Virus record (IMG/VR): IMGVR_UViG_3300049192_000018
Location: 1 to 35,454 of that record
From: a virus
Taxonomy: Duplodnaviria > Caudoviricetes
Strand: one strand, 5' to 3'
Length of the DNA stretch: 35,454 bases
Below the pieces are notes generated by a model, which saw only the letters and a list, made by a program, of their open reading frames with translations, did not search any database and was not told where the DNA came from. This document shows, piece after piece, positions 8,735 to 17,842 of this stretch. The translations under genes and the position numbers were made by a program. The stretch's first letter is position 1. The number at the start of each line of letters is the position of its first letter.

Positions 8735-9169
8735 TTAGTTAAAAGGGATGTCATCGTCGTCAACGGATGCAGGGAGCGTTTGTGCTGGTCGCGGCGCTGG
8801 CGCACCAGCTGCAGGACGCTGTGCTGGCGCTGGTGCGCTGCCCTGGCTTTCGCCGACACGCGGACCCAGTTCGACGTTATCGACGCGGGCCACCAGCTTG
8901 ACGCCTTCGCCATTCTGGCCCTGGTAAGTCTCCATGCGAACGTCCGCCAGGCAGAAGCAGTGCACGCTGCCTTTCGTCAGGTATTGCGCGAGCGCTTCGG
9001 CCTGCTTGCCCCACAGGCTGGCGTCAATCCACTGGCTTGGCGCGTATTGCTCGCCCTGCTTTTTCTGGCCGCAGATGTACGCCAGCGACAGGTTCGCAAC
9101 AGCAGTGCCGTCTGGCAGGTAGCGCACTTCCGCATCACGGCCCAGGCGGGCCAGTCCAATCATCTTCAT
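8735..9169 (-). CDS. ssb: Single-stranded DNA-binding protein
   Basis: RLGRDAEVRY..DG.AVAN.SLA, W.....WGK.AE....YL.KG, acidic tail DDDDIPF. Confidence 0.96.
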   Translation of the reverse strand: MKMIGLARLGRDAEVRYLPDGTAVANLSLAYICGQKKQGEQYAPSQWIDASLWGKQAEALAQYLTKGSVHCFCLADVRMETYQGQNGEGVKLVARVDNVELGPRVGESQGSAPAPAQRPAAGAPAPRPAQTLPASVDDDDIPFN

Positions 9170-9198
9170 GTTGTGTAGTGTCTTTCGTGTGGTTGAAA

Positions 9199-9405
9199 TT
9201 ACTTGCTGCGCCGTGCGTGTTCACGCGCACAGTCTGGACCGCAGAACAATTTCGGCGGCTCCAATTCTTCGCCGCACAGCGGGTTCAGGCATTCGCCTGT
9301 TGCCACCGGCTGCACCGTTGCTGCTGCCTTCGCTTGCTGGGCCAGAAGCGCTGTATGCAGCGCCAGCGCTTCTGTTTCTGATGCCTGGTCGTACAGGTCA
9401 GTCAT
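9199..9405 (-). CDS. TraR/DksA-like C4 zinc-finger protein
   Basis: Start reassigned to MTDLYDQA (DxxDxA motif); CLNPLC...FCGPDC. Confidence 0.75.
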   Translation of the reverse strand: MTDLYDQASETEALALHTALLAQQAKAAATVQPVATGECLNPLCGEELEPPKLFCGPDCAREHARRSK

Positions 9406-9805
9406 GCGCCAAAGCCTTGCATGACCCATGCGGACGGCATGCGGCACACACATCATTGATGTTGTCTGCCTTGCATGCGCCTTCCTTGATAGCCATCCGC
9501 TTGCTAAACGAGTATGGGCCATCCAGGCTTGACGCCCGTTCGTCAGCTGGCACCAATTCGCCAGCCTGGTTGTCGTTCACCGCAGCCGGAACCGGATAAC
9601 GCAATTCCAGCAGCAGCTGCAGTTCGTGCAGGGCCTTTTCAATATCCTGGCGGCCCTTGCCTGTCGGCTTGTCGTGGCGCGTCAGGCGCTTGACCACGCA
9701 GCCTTCCAGGAAGTCCAGGCGGTTTGCCTCGATATACTGGATGGGCTGAATGGCGCAGTCTTTGTAATGCGTGCCGCCAATCTGGACGGACAGAGCAGTG
9801 GTCAT
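9398..9805 (-). CDS. DUF3310-like phage protein
   Basis: QIGG.HYK...IQPI.YIEAN.L.F.EG.VVK...R...K..G..D..KA. Confidence 0.8.
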   Translation of the reverse strand: MTTALSVQIGGTHYKDCAIQPIQYIEANRLDFLEGCVVKRLTRHDKPTGKGRQDIEKALHELQLLLELRYPVPAAVNDNQAGELVPADERASSLDGPYSFSKRMAIKEGACKADNINDVCAACRPHGSCKALAHD

Positions 9806-10020
9806 GTTGGTTTGTCGTCTTTCTTGATGTTGTCGTTTGCCGCTTCCCAGGCTTCCAGTTCAGCGACGGGATAGAGAACCTTCGAACCGCGCTTGATGAA
9901 GGGCGGATGTTTTTCAGGGTGCTGGCTTCGTTGGTTGGCCAGCGTTCCCTTTTTAAAAACACCGCCCCAACGTTCCACCAGTTCGTCGGGCGTGATGTAC
10001 TTCTTTGCTGCTACGGTCAT
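9802..10020 (-). CDS. Excisionase-like HTH protein
   Basis: YITPDELVERW....GTLAN.R....PPFIK.G.KVLYP; small basic protein in operon converging on int. Confidence 0.8.
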   Translation of the reverse strand: MTVAAKKYITPDELVERWGGVFKKGTLANQRSQHPEKHPPFIKRGSKVLYPVAELEAWEAANDNIKKDDKPT

Positions 10021-10035
10021 TGGTCCTGTTCCGTC

Positions 10036-10998
10036 TTAGGCCGCCTGGCCGGAAAGTTCTGCGTTCAAGTCGTCAACCGCAGCCTGGTCAGTGCTGGTGC
10101 GCTGTGCGTCGAATGCAGCGGCGGAATTCTTGAACACGTCGGGGCATTTTCCATCAGGGCTGATGGCCTTGCGGATCGCAGCAGGCAGCGCCTTCCAGGC
10201 ATCGACCAGTGCAGCCATGCCCTGTTCACACACCAGGTTCAGGTTACTGCGGGCGCGCTCCACTTCAGGGTCCAGCTGCTTGGCGCCATCGACCCAGGCG
10301 CGCAGTGCTGCACCGTCAGCGGCGGTGATGTAGCCTTCGCCACGGCCAAGGATGCCGCGCAGTTCGGAGGGGCATTTCAGCACGTCTTGCGACTTGCCCT
10401 CATTCCACATCATGAGCGATGCGGTCAATTCGAAGCAGAAATTTTTCTCCTGAATCGGCATGACGCCTTGCGGTTCATATTCGGTTTTGCCATCGCGCTT
10501 GACCAGCTTCACTTTTTCGCGCGCCCTCATGCAAGCGATGATGTGGAGAGGCGATTGCAGCAGCGCGTTCATGAAGCGCTTGTGTTCGGCCTTCGCCTTG
10601 TTCCACGCTGGGTTCTTCTGGTTGCCCGCGTGCGCGATGTCCTCCAGGCCGCCGATGCCTTCGAATTCATGCGAGACGCTGTCAATCACCAGCACCTCAA
10701 CTCCCACCTTTTCGAACGCAGCGATTGCGTCGATGTAGCGCTGTGGCGAGAACGGCGCAGTAAGATCGCCAATCAGGAAGCGATGCACTTCACCGTTCGC
10801 ATCAACCAGGCTGTCACTATACAGGCGGCCGCGCTTGTTCTCAGAACAAATGAACCCCACCTTTTTGGCGTCGTAGTTCGCCATACCCCAGGCCAGTTGC
10901 AGCGCCGTGTAAGTCTTGCCGCCACCGGACACGCCGCCCAGTCCAACAACCAACCTCGCGCCCTCGCGTTGTGCTTCTTCGATTTGGAAAATAGTCAT
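10036..10998 (-). CDS. AAA ATPase, Sak4-like recombinase
   Basis: Walker A GVSGGGKT, Walker B VLVIDS; between exonuclease and ssb genes. Confidence 0.85.
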   Translation of the reverse strand: MTIFQIEEAQREGARLVVGLGGVSGGGKTYTALQLAWGMANYDAKKVGFICSENKRGRLYSDSLVDANGEVHRFLIGDLTAPFSPQRYIDAIAAFEKVGVEVLVIDSVSHEFEGIGGLEDIAHAGNQKNPAWNKAKAEHKRFMNALLQSPLHIIACMRAREKVKLVKRDGKTEYEPQGVMPIQEKNFCFELTASLMMWNEGKSQDVLKCPSELRGILGRGEGYITAADGAALRAWVDGAKQLDPEVERARSNLNLVCEQGMAALVDAWKALPAAIRKAISPDGKCPDVFKNSAAAFDAQRTSTDQAAVDDLNAELSGQAA

Positions 10999-11027
10999 GT
11001 AGTGATGCTCTTTCAGGGTAGGAAAAA

Positions 11028-12179
11028 TTACGCGACGCCTTCGACCAGGTGCGCGTTACGGTTCATGTGCCAGGCAGGAAGGCTTATCGTTTCCAGCTTG
11101 TCGCTGTAGCATGGCCACTTGTTCGTGCGCTTGCACTCGGCATAGGTGGCCAGGTCCTGGCGATACTTCGCGCGACCAAGTTCGCGGCCCGCTTCGTCCA
11201 GCTGGTACACAGCCACGCCAAGCGGCTGGCCTTCGACAACTCGCGCGGACTTTTCGACAGCGAGGAACACGAACGCACGCAGCGGACGGCCAACAGCGGC
11301 GCAGCCATCGCGATAGAACGCGTCCTGCGTATCGTAGGACCAGTTTGCAATCGATTTGCTGAAGCCTTCGGCGCTGGCGTCTTCCGTTGTCTTCAGGTCC
11401 ACCACGATGTCGTCTTCGCGCCAGAAGTCAGGACGACAGCGGCACAGTTCGCCCGTTGCTTCATCGACCCAGTACACCGACCGTTCGGCCACGCCTGGTT
11501 TGCCAGTGAGCAGCGCCAGCGCAATCGGGTGCGCATGCACAGCGTCGCGCATGTTCATCAACTGGTCCCACTGTTCAGGTTCCAACACGTTGCGATGGCC
11601 GTTGTTCTTCAGCCATTCTGCTTTCAGTTCGGACCACAGTTGGAACTGAACGCCTTCGGCACGCAGCATCGCAGCCAGTTCTGGAATCGTGCCGCTGGTG
11701 GACAGAAGGCCCTGGCGGCCAGTGTTCGCGCCTTCAATGATGGCCTTCAGTTCCGCCAGCTTCATGCCTTCTAGTTCGTCGCTTGGAATGCGCGTGCCTT
11801 CGTCGGCCAGTTGCTGCACTTCCATGATACGCGCCACCAGGTCTGCCTTGCTGCCACTGGTGGACAGCTTCGCCTGGCGTCGTTCGTTCAGCTTGTTGAC
11901 CATCGCCACCAGTTGGTCCCGCCCGTCCACAGCATCAGGGAAATCCGACTGCCGGATACCCAGGCAATATTCGGAATAGAACAACTGCGGTTCCAGCAAC
12001 AAAGCATGGAATGCAGTGCCGATTGCTTGCGCCGCTGTCGGTTCGTTGTCGTTCGCCGCCAACTGTCGCGCACGGAAGTGCAGCGGGCTGCGTCGAATGA
12101 TCGCCAATCCTGAATTACTGATGCCCGCGCCGCCGTGATATTCGGCGTTCGGGATATTGTCGTAGATGCCCGGAGTCAC
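11028..12179 (-). CDS. RecE/exonuclease VIII-like PD-(D/E)xK nuclease
   Basis: YH...GISNSGL, GTAFH.LLLEP, ERSVYW.D..TG..CRCRPD, VDLKT, Q.AFY. Confidence 0.92.
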   Translation of the reverse strand: MTPGIYDNIPNAEYHGGAGISNSGLAIIRRSPLHFRARQLAANDNEPTAAQAIGTAFHALLLEPQLFYSEYCLGIRQSDFPDAVDGRDQLVAMVNKLNERRQAKLSTSGSKADLVARIMEVQQLADEGTRIPSDELEGMKLAELKAIIEGANTGRQGLLSTSGTIPELAAMLRAEGVQFQLWSELKAEWLKNNGHRNVLEPEQWDQLMNMRDAVHAHPIALALLTGKPGVAERSVYWVDEATGELCRCRPDFWREDDIVVDLKTTEDASAEGFSKSIANWSYDTQDAFYRDGCAAVGRPLRAFVFLAVEKSARVVEGQPLGVAVYQLDEAGRELGRAKYRQDLATYAECKRTNKWPCYSDKLETISLPAWHMNRNAHLVEGVA

Positions 12180-12207
12180 GTCAGTTCCTTATCGATTGGA
12201 AAGTTTT

Positions 12208-12216
12208 ATTCTAGCA
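12208..12216 (-). promoter_or_regulatory. Leftward extended -10 promoter for recombination operon
   Basis: Minus strand TG-C-TAGAAT about 30 nt upstream of the exonuclease GTG; RBS AAGGA. Confidence 0.55.
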
Positions 12217-12338
12217 CAACCGTTGCTTGTGGTTATGCTTGTCGATGCAAAATTATTCCGCGTGAATTCTTCGTGCTCCATCGCACTTTTGCTTCGATGC
12301 AAATCATTCGTACACACGCGGATTGCTTTTATTTCCCG

Positions 12339-12752
12339 TCACGATTTCAGCGCAATCCGCTGGGTGTCCATTTTGGACAACATCGCCGATGCTCCGTGGA
12401 TAAGTTGTAAAACTGCATCATTGAGCGCGGCAATTCGCGCGGACACTTCGGGCTTGTGGATCGATATGCACCACTGCTTACGACTATTGGCTATGACCAG
12501 GCCGCGCATTTCCAGGTCGGCAAGTTTGCGCGTCACTGTTGGTCGCGGCATGCCGATGAATTCCGCAAGCTTGCCTGCAGTCATCGGGCGCTGTTCGCAC
12601 TGCCCGATGTAGATTGCCATGCACAGCAGCAGTGCGTCCGCATCCGATGCAGGGTATTCGGAATCCAGGAACGCTGTTGCAATTAGCCTTGCCATGTCCA
12701 GCAACAGCTTCGCTACGACGTAGCCTGGCCTGTCCTTCCTTGCCTTGGGCAT
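12339..12752 (-). CDS. Winged-helix transcriptional regulator
   Basis: PMTAGKLAEFIGMPRPTVTRKLADLEMRGLV; start moved to MPKARK after GGAGG; sits at the divergence point. Confidence 0.8.
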   Translation of the reverse strand: MPKARKDRPGYVVAKLLLDMARLIATAFLDSEYPASDADALLLCMAIYIGQCEQRPMTAGKLAEFIGMPRPTVTRKLADLEMRGLVIANSRKQWCISIHKPEVSARIAALNDAVLQLIHGASAMLSKMDTQRIALKS

Positions 12753-12781
12753 TTCACATCCTCCCACAAATCAGTTAGGCG

Positions 12782-12812
12782 TTGCTCGCGCGCATTGGTT
12801 GCGCGTTATAAT
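12782..12812 (+). promoter_or_regulatory. Rightward promoter with palindromic operator candidate
   Basis: TATAAT at 12807-12812; CGCGCA-N5-TGCGCG palindrome at 12789-12805. Confidence 0.55.
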
Positions 12813-12837
12813 TTCTTATTTCCAAACACACACAGTT

Positions 12838-14247
12838 ATGCAGATACAACTACGCGAAGATCAGGCAGACCTGGTAGGCCGCACACGCGCCGCACTAAAA
12901 CGCAATCGCCGCGTACTTCTGCAGTCACCAACCGGCAGCGGCAAAACGGTGATGGCTTCCTACATCGCAGGCCAGGCAGCGGATAAAGGCGCTGATACCT
13001 GGTTCATCTGCCATCGTGTCGAATTACTGGACGGGACCAGTAAAACATTCGCGAAGTTCCGCATCAACCACGGATTCATTGCCGCAGGCATGCCGATGAA
13101 CACGCGCATGCCAGTGCAAATCTGCAGCATCGACACGCTGAAAGGACGATTAGACAAACTGCGCGCACCACGCATTGCGATCATTGACGAGTGCCACCAC
13201 GGCGGCGCAGCAGGATGGGCTGCCGTCATCAAATGGCTGACGGACAACGGCACGCTGGTCATCGGCCTGTCGGCCACGCCATGGCGGCTTGATGGTGGCG
13301 GACTGGATGCGCACTTTGACGAACTGATACCTGGGCCGACACCAGCGTGGCTGATGCAGCAAGGCTTCCTGTCCGACTATCGCATTTGGGTTCCGAATGG
13401 CGGCATGGACGTATCTGGCGTTGGCAAGCGGATGGGCGACTATATCGCTGGCGAAGTCGAAGCTAAAGTGGATAAGCCGAAGCTGCTGGGCGACATCATT
13501 ACGCACTGGCGCAGGCACGCTAACGACGAACTTACTGTGGGCTTCGCGCCGTCGCTCGCGTTCAGCCAGTACATGGCCGACCAGTTCAACGCCGCTGGCA
13601 TCCCAAGTGCACACCTGGACGGCAACACGGATAAGGGCGAGCGCCGCCGCGTTATCCAGGCGTATGCCGACCGGCGCATTCTGGTGTTGTGGAACAAAGG
13701 ACTATTTGCTGAAGGCTTCGACATCGCCGCAGTCGCGCAGCGCGACGTGACGATTAAAGCCGTCATCGACGCAGCACCGTCAGCATCGCTGTCACAGGTG
13801 ATGCAGCGCTGGGGGCGCGCGTTGCGTCCAGGCGACACTGCCAAGCTGCTGGACCACGCGGGCAACAGCAACCGCCACGGCTTCCCTGATGACGAACGCG
13901 AATGGACGCTGGAAGGGCGCATGAAGACGCCGAAGGCAGCGAACGACAACGCGCCACCGCCGCCAGTGACGTGCGAGCAGTGTTTTATGCAGATACGCAG
14001 GCCAGTTCCTGAGTGCTGCCCAGGCTGCGGCAAGCTACTGGTGAAAGAACACAAGCCGCTGGAATTCGGCGAAGGTGAACTGAAGGAAGCGACCGCCGAA
14101 GACAAGCGCGCAACACGCGCACGACTGCTGGCAGAGCAAGCCGCCTGCAAAGACCTGGGCGCACTCGCCGACCTGGGCCGCAAACGTGGCTACAAAAACC
14201 CGTTGGTGTGGGCTGGCAAAGTCATGGGCGGGCGTCGTCGCAAATAA
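12838..14247 (+). CDS. Superfamily II DNA helicase (DExH) with C-terminal zinc ribbon
   Basis: Q motif LREDQ, SPTGSGKT, DECHH, SATP, Q..GRALR, C..C..C..C; start moved to ATG 12838. Confidence 0.94.
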   Translation: MQIQLREDQADLVGRTRAALKRNRRVLLQSPTGSGKTVMASYIAGQAADKGADTWFICHRVELLDGTSKTFAKFRINHGFIAAGMPMNTRMPVQICSIDTLKGRLDKLRAPRIAIIDECHHGGAAGWAAVIKWLTDNGTLVIGLSATPWRLDGGGLDAHFDELIPGPTPAWLMQQGFLSDYRIWVPNGGMDVSGVGKRMGDYIAGEVEAKVDKPKLLGDIITHWRRHANDELTVGFAPSLAFSQYMADQFNAAGIPSAHLDGNTDKGERRRVIQAYADRRILVLWNKGLFAEGFDIAAVAQRDVTIKAVIDAAPSASLSQVMQRWGRALRPGDTAKLLDHAGNSNRHGFPDDEREWTLEGRMKTPKAANDNAPPPPVTCEQCFMQIRRPVPECCPGCGKLLVKEHKPLEFGEGELKEATAEDKRATRARLLAEQAACKDLGALADLGRKRGYKNPLVWAGKVMGGRRRK

Positions 14248-14260
14248 TTTGCTGATTTAC

Positions 14261-14290
14261 TTGCGCAAATATTTATGGCCGGGTTAGAAT
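14261..14290 (+). promoter_or_regulatory. Sigma70-type promoter
   Basis: TTGCGC-18 nt-TAGAAT in AT-rich intergenic gap. Confidence 0.6.
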
Positions 14291-14345
14291 TGCATCACTG
14301 CAGCAAAACAACTGCAGGTTTTCCGACAAACAACGAAAGGAATGT

Positions 14346-14750
14346 ATGGAAGCGAAGAACTTTGCAGTGGGTCAAATCTGGAAAGCGCGCGACGGTTCGA
14401 TCGCGGAAATCACGGATGTTAGCGGTGTTGAAGGCGCTGACTATCCAGTAACTGCGCACAACATCAATAACGACGAACGAAATTGTTTCACTATGGAAGG
14501 GCGCTACTTCAAGGGCGAGCACGCACAGGAATTCCACCTGGACCTGGTGAAGCGAGTGCCAGATGAAGAAGTCGCCGAAGAAGAAGACCACAAAGCCATG
14601 CTGGAATTTCAGCGCGTCGTTGACGCCCGCAATTTCGCTGACCAGCTGATGCTGGCGCTGGCAAGCAATCCAACCGAAATCATGACGCCCGACGCAATCG
14701 TGCATTACACGCAGTCGGTGCTGGACCTGCGCAAGACGCTGCAGTTCTGA
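14346..14750 (+). CDS. Hypothetical phage protein
   Basis: RBS AAAGGA, codon usage like neighbours; VGQ.WKARDG...YPV motif seen in phage proteins. Confidence 0.8.
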   Translation: MEAKNFAVGQIWKARDGSIAEITDVSGVEGADYPVTAHNINNDERNCFTMEGRYFKGEHAQEFHLDLVKRVPDEEVAEEEDHKAMLEFQRVVDARNFADQLMLALASNPTEIMTPDAIVHYTQSVLDLRKTLQF

Positions 14751-14780
14751 AAACCGCCACCTAAATACTGAAAGATAATT

Positions 14781-15293
14781 ATGCGCCTGACCAATATCAT
14801 CCGCGACGCCTTCGTGCGCGCCGCGATGCAAGACGTACCGCAAACCGACTATGTAGAAGAAATGCGCAAAGTCGCGCAGGACGACGCCGTTGCGCAGCTT
14901 CCGCCGAAGGTTCGCGCGCTGTACCAGGACAAAGAACTGTCGCATTACGTGAACACCGTCTATCGCAGCCACGGCGGCTATGGTGTCAATGTTCCTGGTG
15001 CGGGCGACTTCAGCCTGACCGACAAGGCCAAGGCCAAGATAAGCGAAATGCGTGCCGCGCTTGAAGCGCAACAGGAGCGCATGAAGGGCCTGCAGAACAA
15101 GCTGCGCAACTGCGCATATGGCTGCAAGACACGCAAAGCACTGGTGGACATGCTGCCGGAATTCGAAAAGTACCTGCCAGCTGATGACGCTGCCGCGTGC
15201 CGCACGCTTCCAGCAGTAGCGAACGTGGTCAGCGAGTTTGTGAAGGCTGGCTGGCCGAAGGACGCAAAGAAGCAGACGAAGAAGGCTGCCTAA
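14781..15293 (+). CDS. Nmad5-like (nucleotide-modification associated domain) protein
   Basis: MRLT..IRD N-terminus and T.K.L...LPE C-terminal pattern recalled for this family. Confidence 0.65.
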   Translation: MRLTNIIRDAFVRAAMQDVPQTDYVEEMRKVAQDDAVAQLPPKVRALYQDKELSHYVNTVYRSHGGYGVNVPGAGDFSLTDKAKAKISEMRAALEAQQERMKGLQNKLRNCAYGCKTRKALVDMLPEFEKYLPADDAAACRTLPAVANVVSEFVKAGWPKDAKKQTKKAA

Positions 15294-15343
15294 TCGTTAA
15301 ACGCGCCGCCAGCATGGGGCGCATCCACTTCAAAGGATCACCC

Positions 15344-15505
15344 ATGCTTCACACTCGCAAAGCACAGACCGCAGAAGACCAGGCAGCGATGGCCGAGCGC
15401 AACGCGCGCCGTGTTGAAATTGCCAAACGCAAGCTGGGCCAGCGCTACGCGCACCATCCAGCGAATCACGTGCAGCGCCAGAGCGAGCGCCGCCAGCCTA
15501 CATAA
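15344..15505 (+). CDS. Small basic hypothetical protein (53 aa)
   Basis: RBS AAAGGA then MLHTRK...; stop overlaps next start (TAATG). Confidence 0.7.
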   Translation: MLHTRKAQTAEDQAAMAERNARRVEIAKRKLGQRYAHHPANHVQRQSERRQPT

Positions 15506-16146
15506 TGGCCCGCTACCACGTCCGCTGCCGAAAGTGCGAGGCGCGGCATGTATTCCGAATGATGCCCGATGAATACGTGCGCATTCCGTCGTGCAGAAAC
15601 TGCGGCCAGAAATCGTTTCGCATTGACCGCTGGATGAACCTACGCGACACGAAGGCAACGGCGTGCAGCTGCAACGGCTATGTGGTGCTGACACATCGCG
15701 CACCATGGCCACACCGCATCGGCAGCCCGTACTGCTGGTACAGGAAGGACGGCAGCCAGCGCATGCCTGGCGATGCCGATTTTAAAGACTATCAAATGGA
15801 GCAGACAATGAAAGCATTACCTAAAATCTACGCATTCTCTAACGTGAAGGGCGGCGGCGACGGTATCGCCTACGCGATGGCCGAAGACGGCACTGTGCTG
15901 GGTTCGCACTGGTGCAGCAACGAATGCTATGTGCCTGGCGACCTGGGCGTGACGCCTGGCAGCCGTCCTGATCGGCATGAAGACTTCCGCAAGCACTACC
16001 CATATGGCTACGAAATGGAGTTCGTGCCAGCAGTCAGTGTGATGACGCACGAAGGGCTGGCGAAAGCGTTCAAGCTGAACCAGGAACAGGCAGCAGCGGA
16101 CAAGGCTGCAAACGACAACAATAATTCGTCGGCACAAGCCGTCTAA
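15505..16146 (+). CDS. Cys-rich hypothetical protein fused in frame to a second module (internal start 15808)
   Basis: CRKC...CRNC...C.C...HR..SPYC N-half; GGAG-N7-ATG at 15808. Confidence 0.75.
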   Translation: MARYHVRCRKCEARHVFRMMPDEYVRIPSCRNCGQKSFRIDRWMNLRDTKATACSCNGYVVLTHRAPWPHRIGSPYCWYRKDGSQRMPGDADFKDYQMEQTMKALPKIYAFSNVKGGGDGIAYAMAEDGTVLGSHWCSNECYVPGDLGVTPGSRPDRHEDFRKHYPYGYEMEFVPAVSVMTHEGLAKAFKLNQEQAAADKAANDNNNSSAQAV

Positions 16147-16167
16147 TATTCGGAAGGAGCAAGGACT

Positions 16168-17082
16168 ATGACGAAACCCAGCTGGCGTTCACTGATCGAC
16201 GCCAAGATTATCAAGCGCACCGACAACGGCATGGCAGTTCGGCCCGATGCAATCCGCATCATCGACGGGTTTAACCTGCGCGACACGACGGACCCGGATT
16301 ACCGCGCCGAACTGGACAGCCTGAAAGCACACATCAAGCGCGGCGGAAAAGTGCCACCGCTGGAAGTCGTTGTGTCCGACGACGGCCTGGGCGTAGATGT
16401 CGTGGACGGCCACCGCCGAACAGCAACTTACTGGGAGCTGATCGAAGCTGGCGATCCAATCGAATGGATTCGCATCGAACCGTTCGTGGGCAACGATGTG
16501 GACCGCACGGTGCGCATCATGACCAGCCAGGAAAACCGCAAGCTGAAGCCGCTGGAAATCGCAGCTGGCTATGCCCGCCTGATCGCGTTCGGCCTGTCGC
16601 CTGAAGACATCGCCCGCCGCGTCGGTAAGACCCGCCAGCACGTGGACCAGATGCTGGTTCTGACGAGCGCGCCGCATGCTGTTCAGCAGCTGGTAAAGGA
16701 TGGCAGCGTGTCGGCAACCGAAGCCATCAACCAGGTGCGTGCGCATGGTGACAAGGCCGCCGACAAGCTGGTGCAGGCGAAGCAGGCCAACGGCGGGAAG
16801 AAGGTCACTGCCAAGGCGCTGAAGCCGTGGACGCCGCCAGCAGCTGCTGTGCAGCCTGTTGTCGAAGCGCTGGACGCCCTGCACACGAAGCTGGACCCGA
16901 AAACGCGCATGGCGCTGCTGAACGAACCGGACGAATTCGCGCACGTCAGCATTTCGGCGCGCGTCGTGTATCAGCTGCTGAGCCAGCACGGCTGTATCGC
17001 CGAACTGCGCGAGAAGGCCGAACAGAAGCTGCGCGAGAAGCAGAACCAGGTGGCGCAGGGTGAACTTGCTGAAGGTGCGTGA
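16168..17082 (+). CDS. ParB/Srx-like protein with HTH
   Basis: GFNLR, VVDGHRR, LKPLE.A..Y.RL...G....IARRVGKT..HV.Q.L.L. Confidence 0.88.
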   Translation: MTKPSWRSLIDAKIIKRTDNGMAVRPDAIRIIDGFNLRDTTDPDYRAELDSLKAHIKRGGKVPPLEVVVSDDGLGVDVVDGHRRTATYWELIEAGDPIEWIRIEPFVGNDVDRTVRIMTSQENRKLKPLEIAAGYARLIAFGLSPEDIARRVGKTRQHVDQMLVLTSAPHAVQQLVKDGSVSATEAINQVRAHGDKAADKLVQAKQANGGKKVTAKALKPWTPPAAAVQPVVEALDALHTKLDPKTRMALLNEPDEFAHVSISARVVYQLLSQHGCIAELREKAEQKLREKQNQVAQGELAEGA

Positions 17083-17366
17083 TGGCTAGGAAGGCCACTA
17101 AGAAGGAGTGCCGCACATGCAAGCAGTTGCTGCCGTTCGCATCGTTTCATTCGAACGGTGGCACAAAGGCAGACGGAACGCCGAAACTGAAAGCGGACTG
17201 CAAGGCGTGCTATTCGGCGGCGCGTAGTTCGACGATGCTGCCGCTTGATGCGCGCAGGATCGCACAAGAACTGCACGCCCTGCGCAGCCTGGAAGCTGCT
17301 GTAATTAAAATTCTGGTTGCGCACGGTCTAATACCCGAACCAGACATAAAGAAAAGGAAATCATGA
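17082..17366 (+). CDS. Zinc-finger hypothetical protein
   Basis: KECRTCKQ.LP...FH...CKAC; coupled by TGATG and ATGA overlaps. Confidence 0.7.
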   Translation: MARKATKKECRTCKQLLPFASFHSNGGTKADGTPKLKADCKACYSAARSSTMLPLDARRIAQELHALRSLEAAVIKILVAHGLIPEPDIKKRKS

Positions 17367-17842
17367 ATAAATCCGTTATCGTGTACGGGCCGCAGGGTTG
17401 CGGGAAGACGCGCTGGGCTGAGCGCATTGCAAAGCACTTCGGGCTGACGCGCATCGTGGACGGCTGGGGCTGTTCCGTGTTTTTACCTCACGGCACGTTA
17501 TACCTCACCAACAATGAAGAAGACGTGCGGTTGTGGAATAGCGAAGAAAATTACATGTCGTTCGCCGAAGTCGCCCAGCAGATCAATGATGCTATTCCGC
17601 GCACGCAGTGGTTCCCGATGAGCGCACAGCCAGAGCGCGAAGGCGTCTATGAACTGCGCGTTATAGGGTTTGAGGACTATACGCACTGGTCCGCGTGGAA
17701 GGGCGAGTGGAAGACTACGACCGGCAGCGCACTTAGAGCTGCACCACAGACTGAGCGCAGTTGGGGCGCGCACAACCATTCAGTCAACGACGCATGGCGC
17801 GGCCTGGTCGAAGAACCGATTGTGGTGGAGGGTGCAGCGTGA
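17363..17842 (+). CDS. Short P-loop domain fused to Trp-rich domain
   Basis: VIVYGPQGCGKT Walker A; second half WFP....P.REGVYE...WRGL. Confidence 0.75.
   Translation: MNKSVIVYGPQGCGKTRWAERIAKHFGLTRIVDGWGCSVFLPHGTLYLTNNEEDVRLWNSEENYMSFAEVAQQINDAIPRTQWFPMSAQPEREGVYELRVIGFEDYTHWSAWKGEWKTTTGSALRAAPQTERSWGAHNHSVNDAWRGLVEEPIVVEGAA

Noticed and set aside
9724-11109. 461-aa plus-strand ORF
   Set aside because: Shadow of the ATPase and Xis genes on the minus strand
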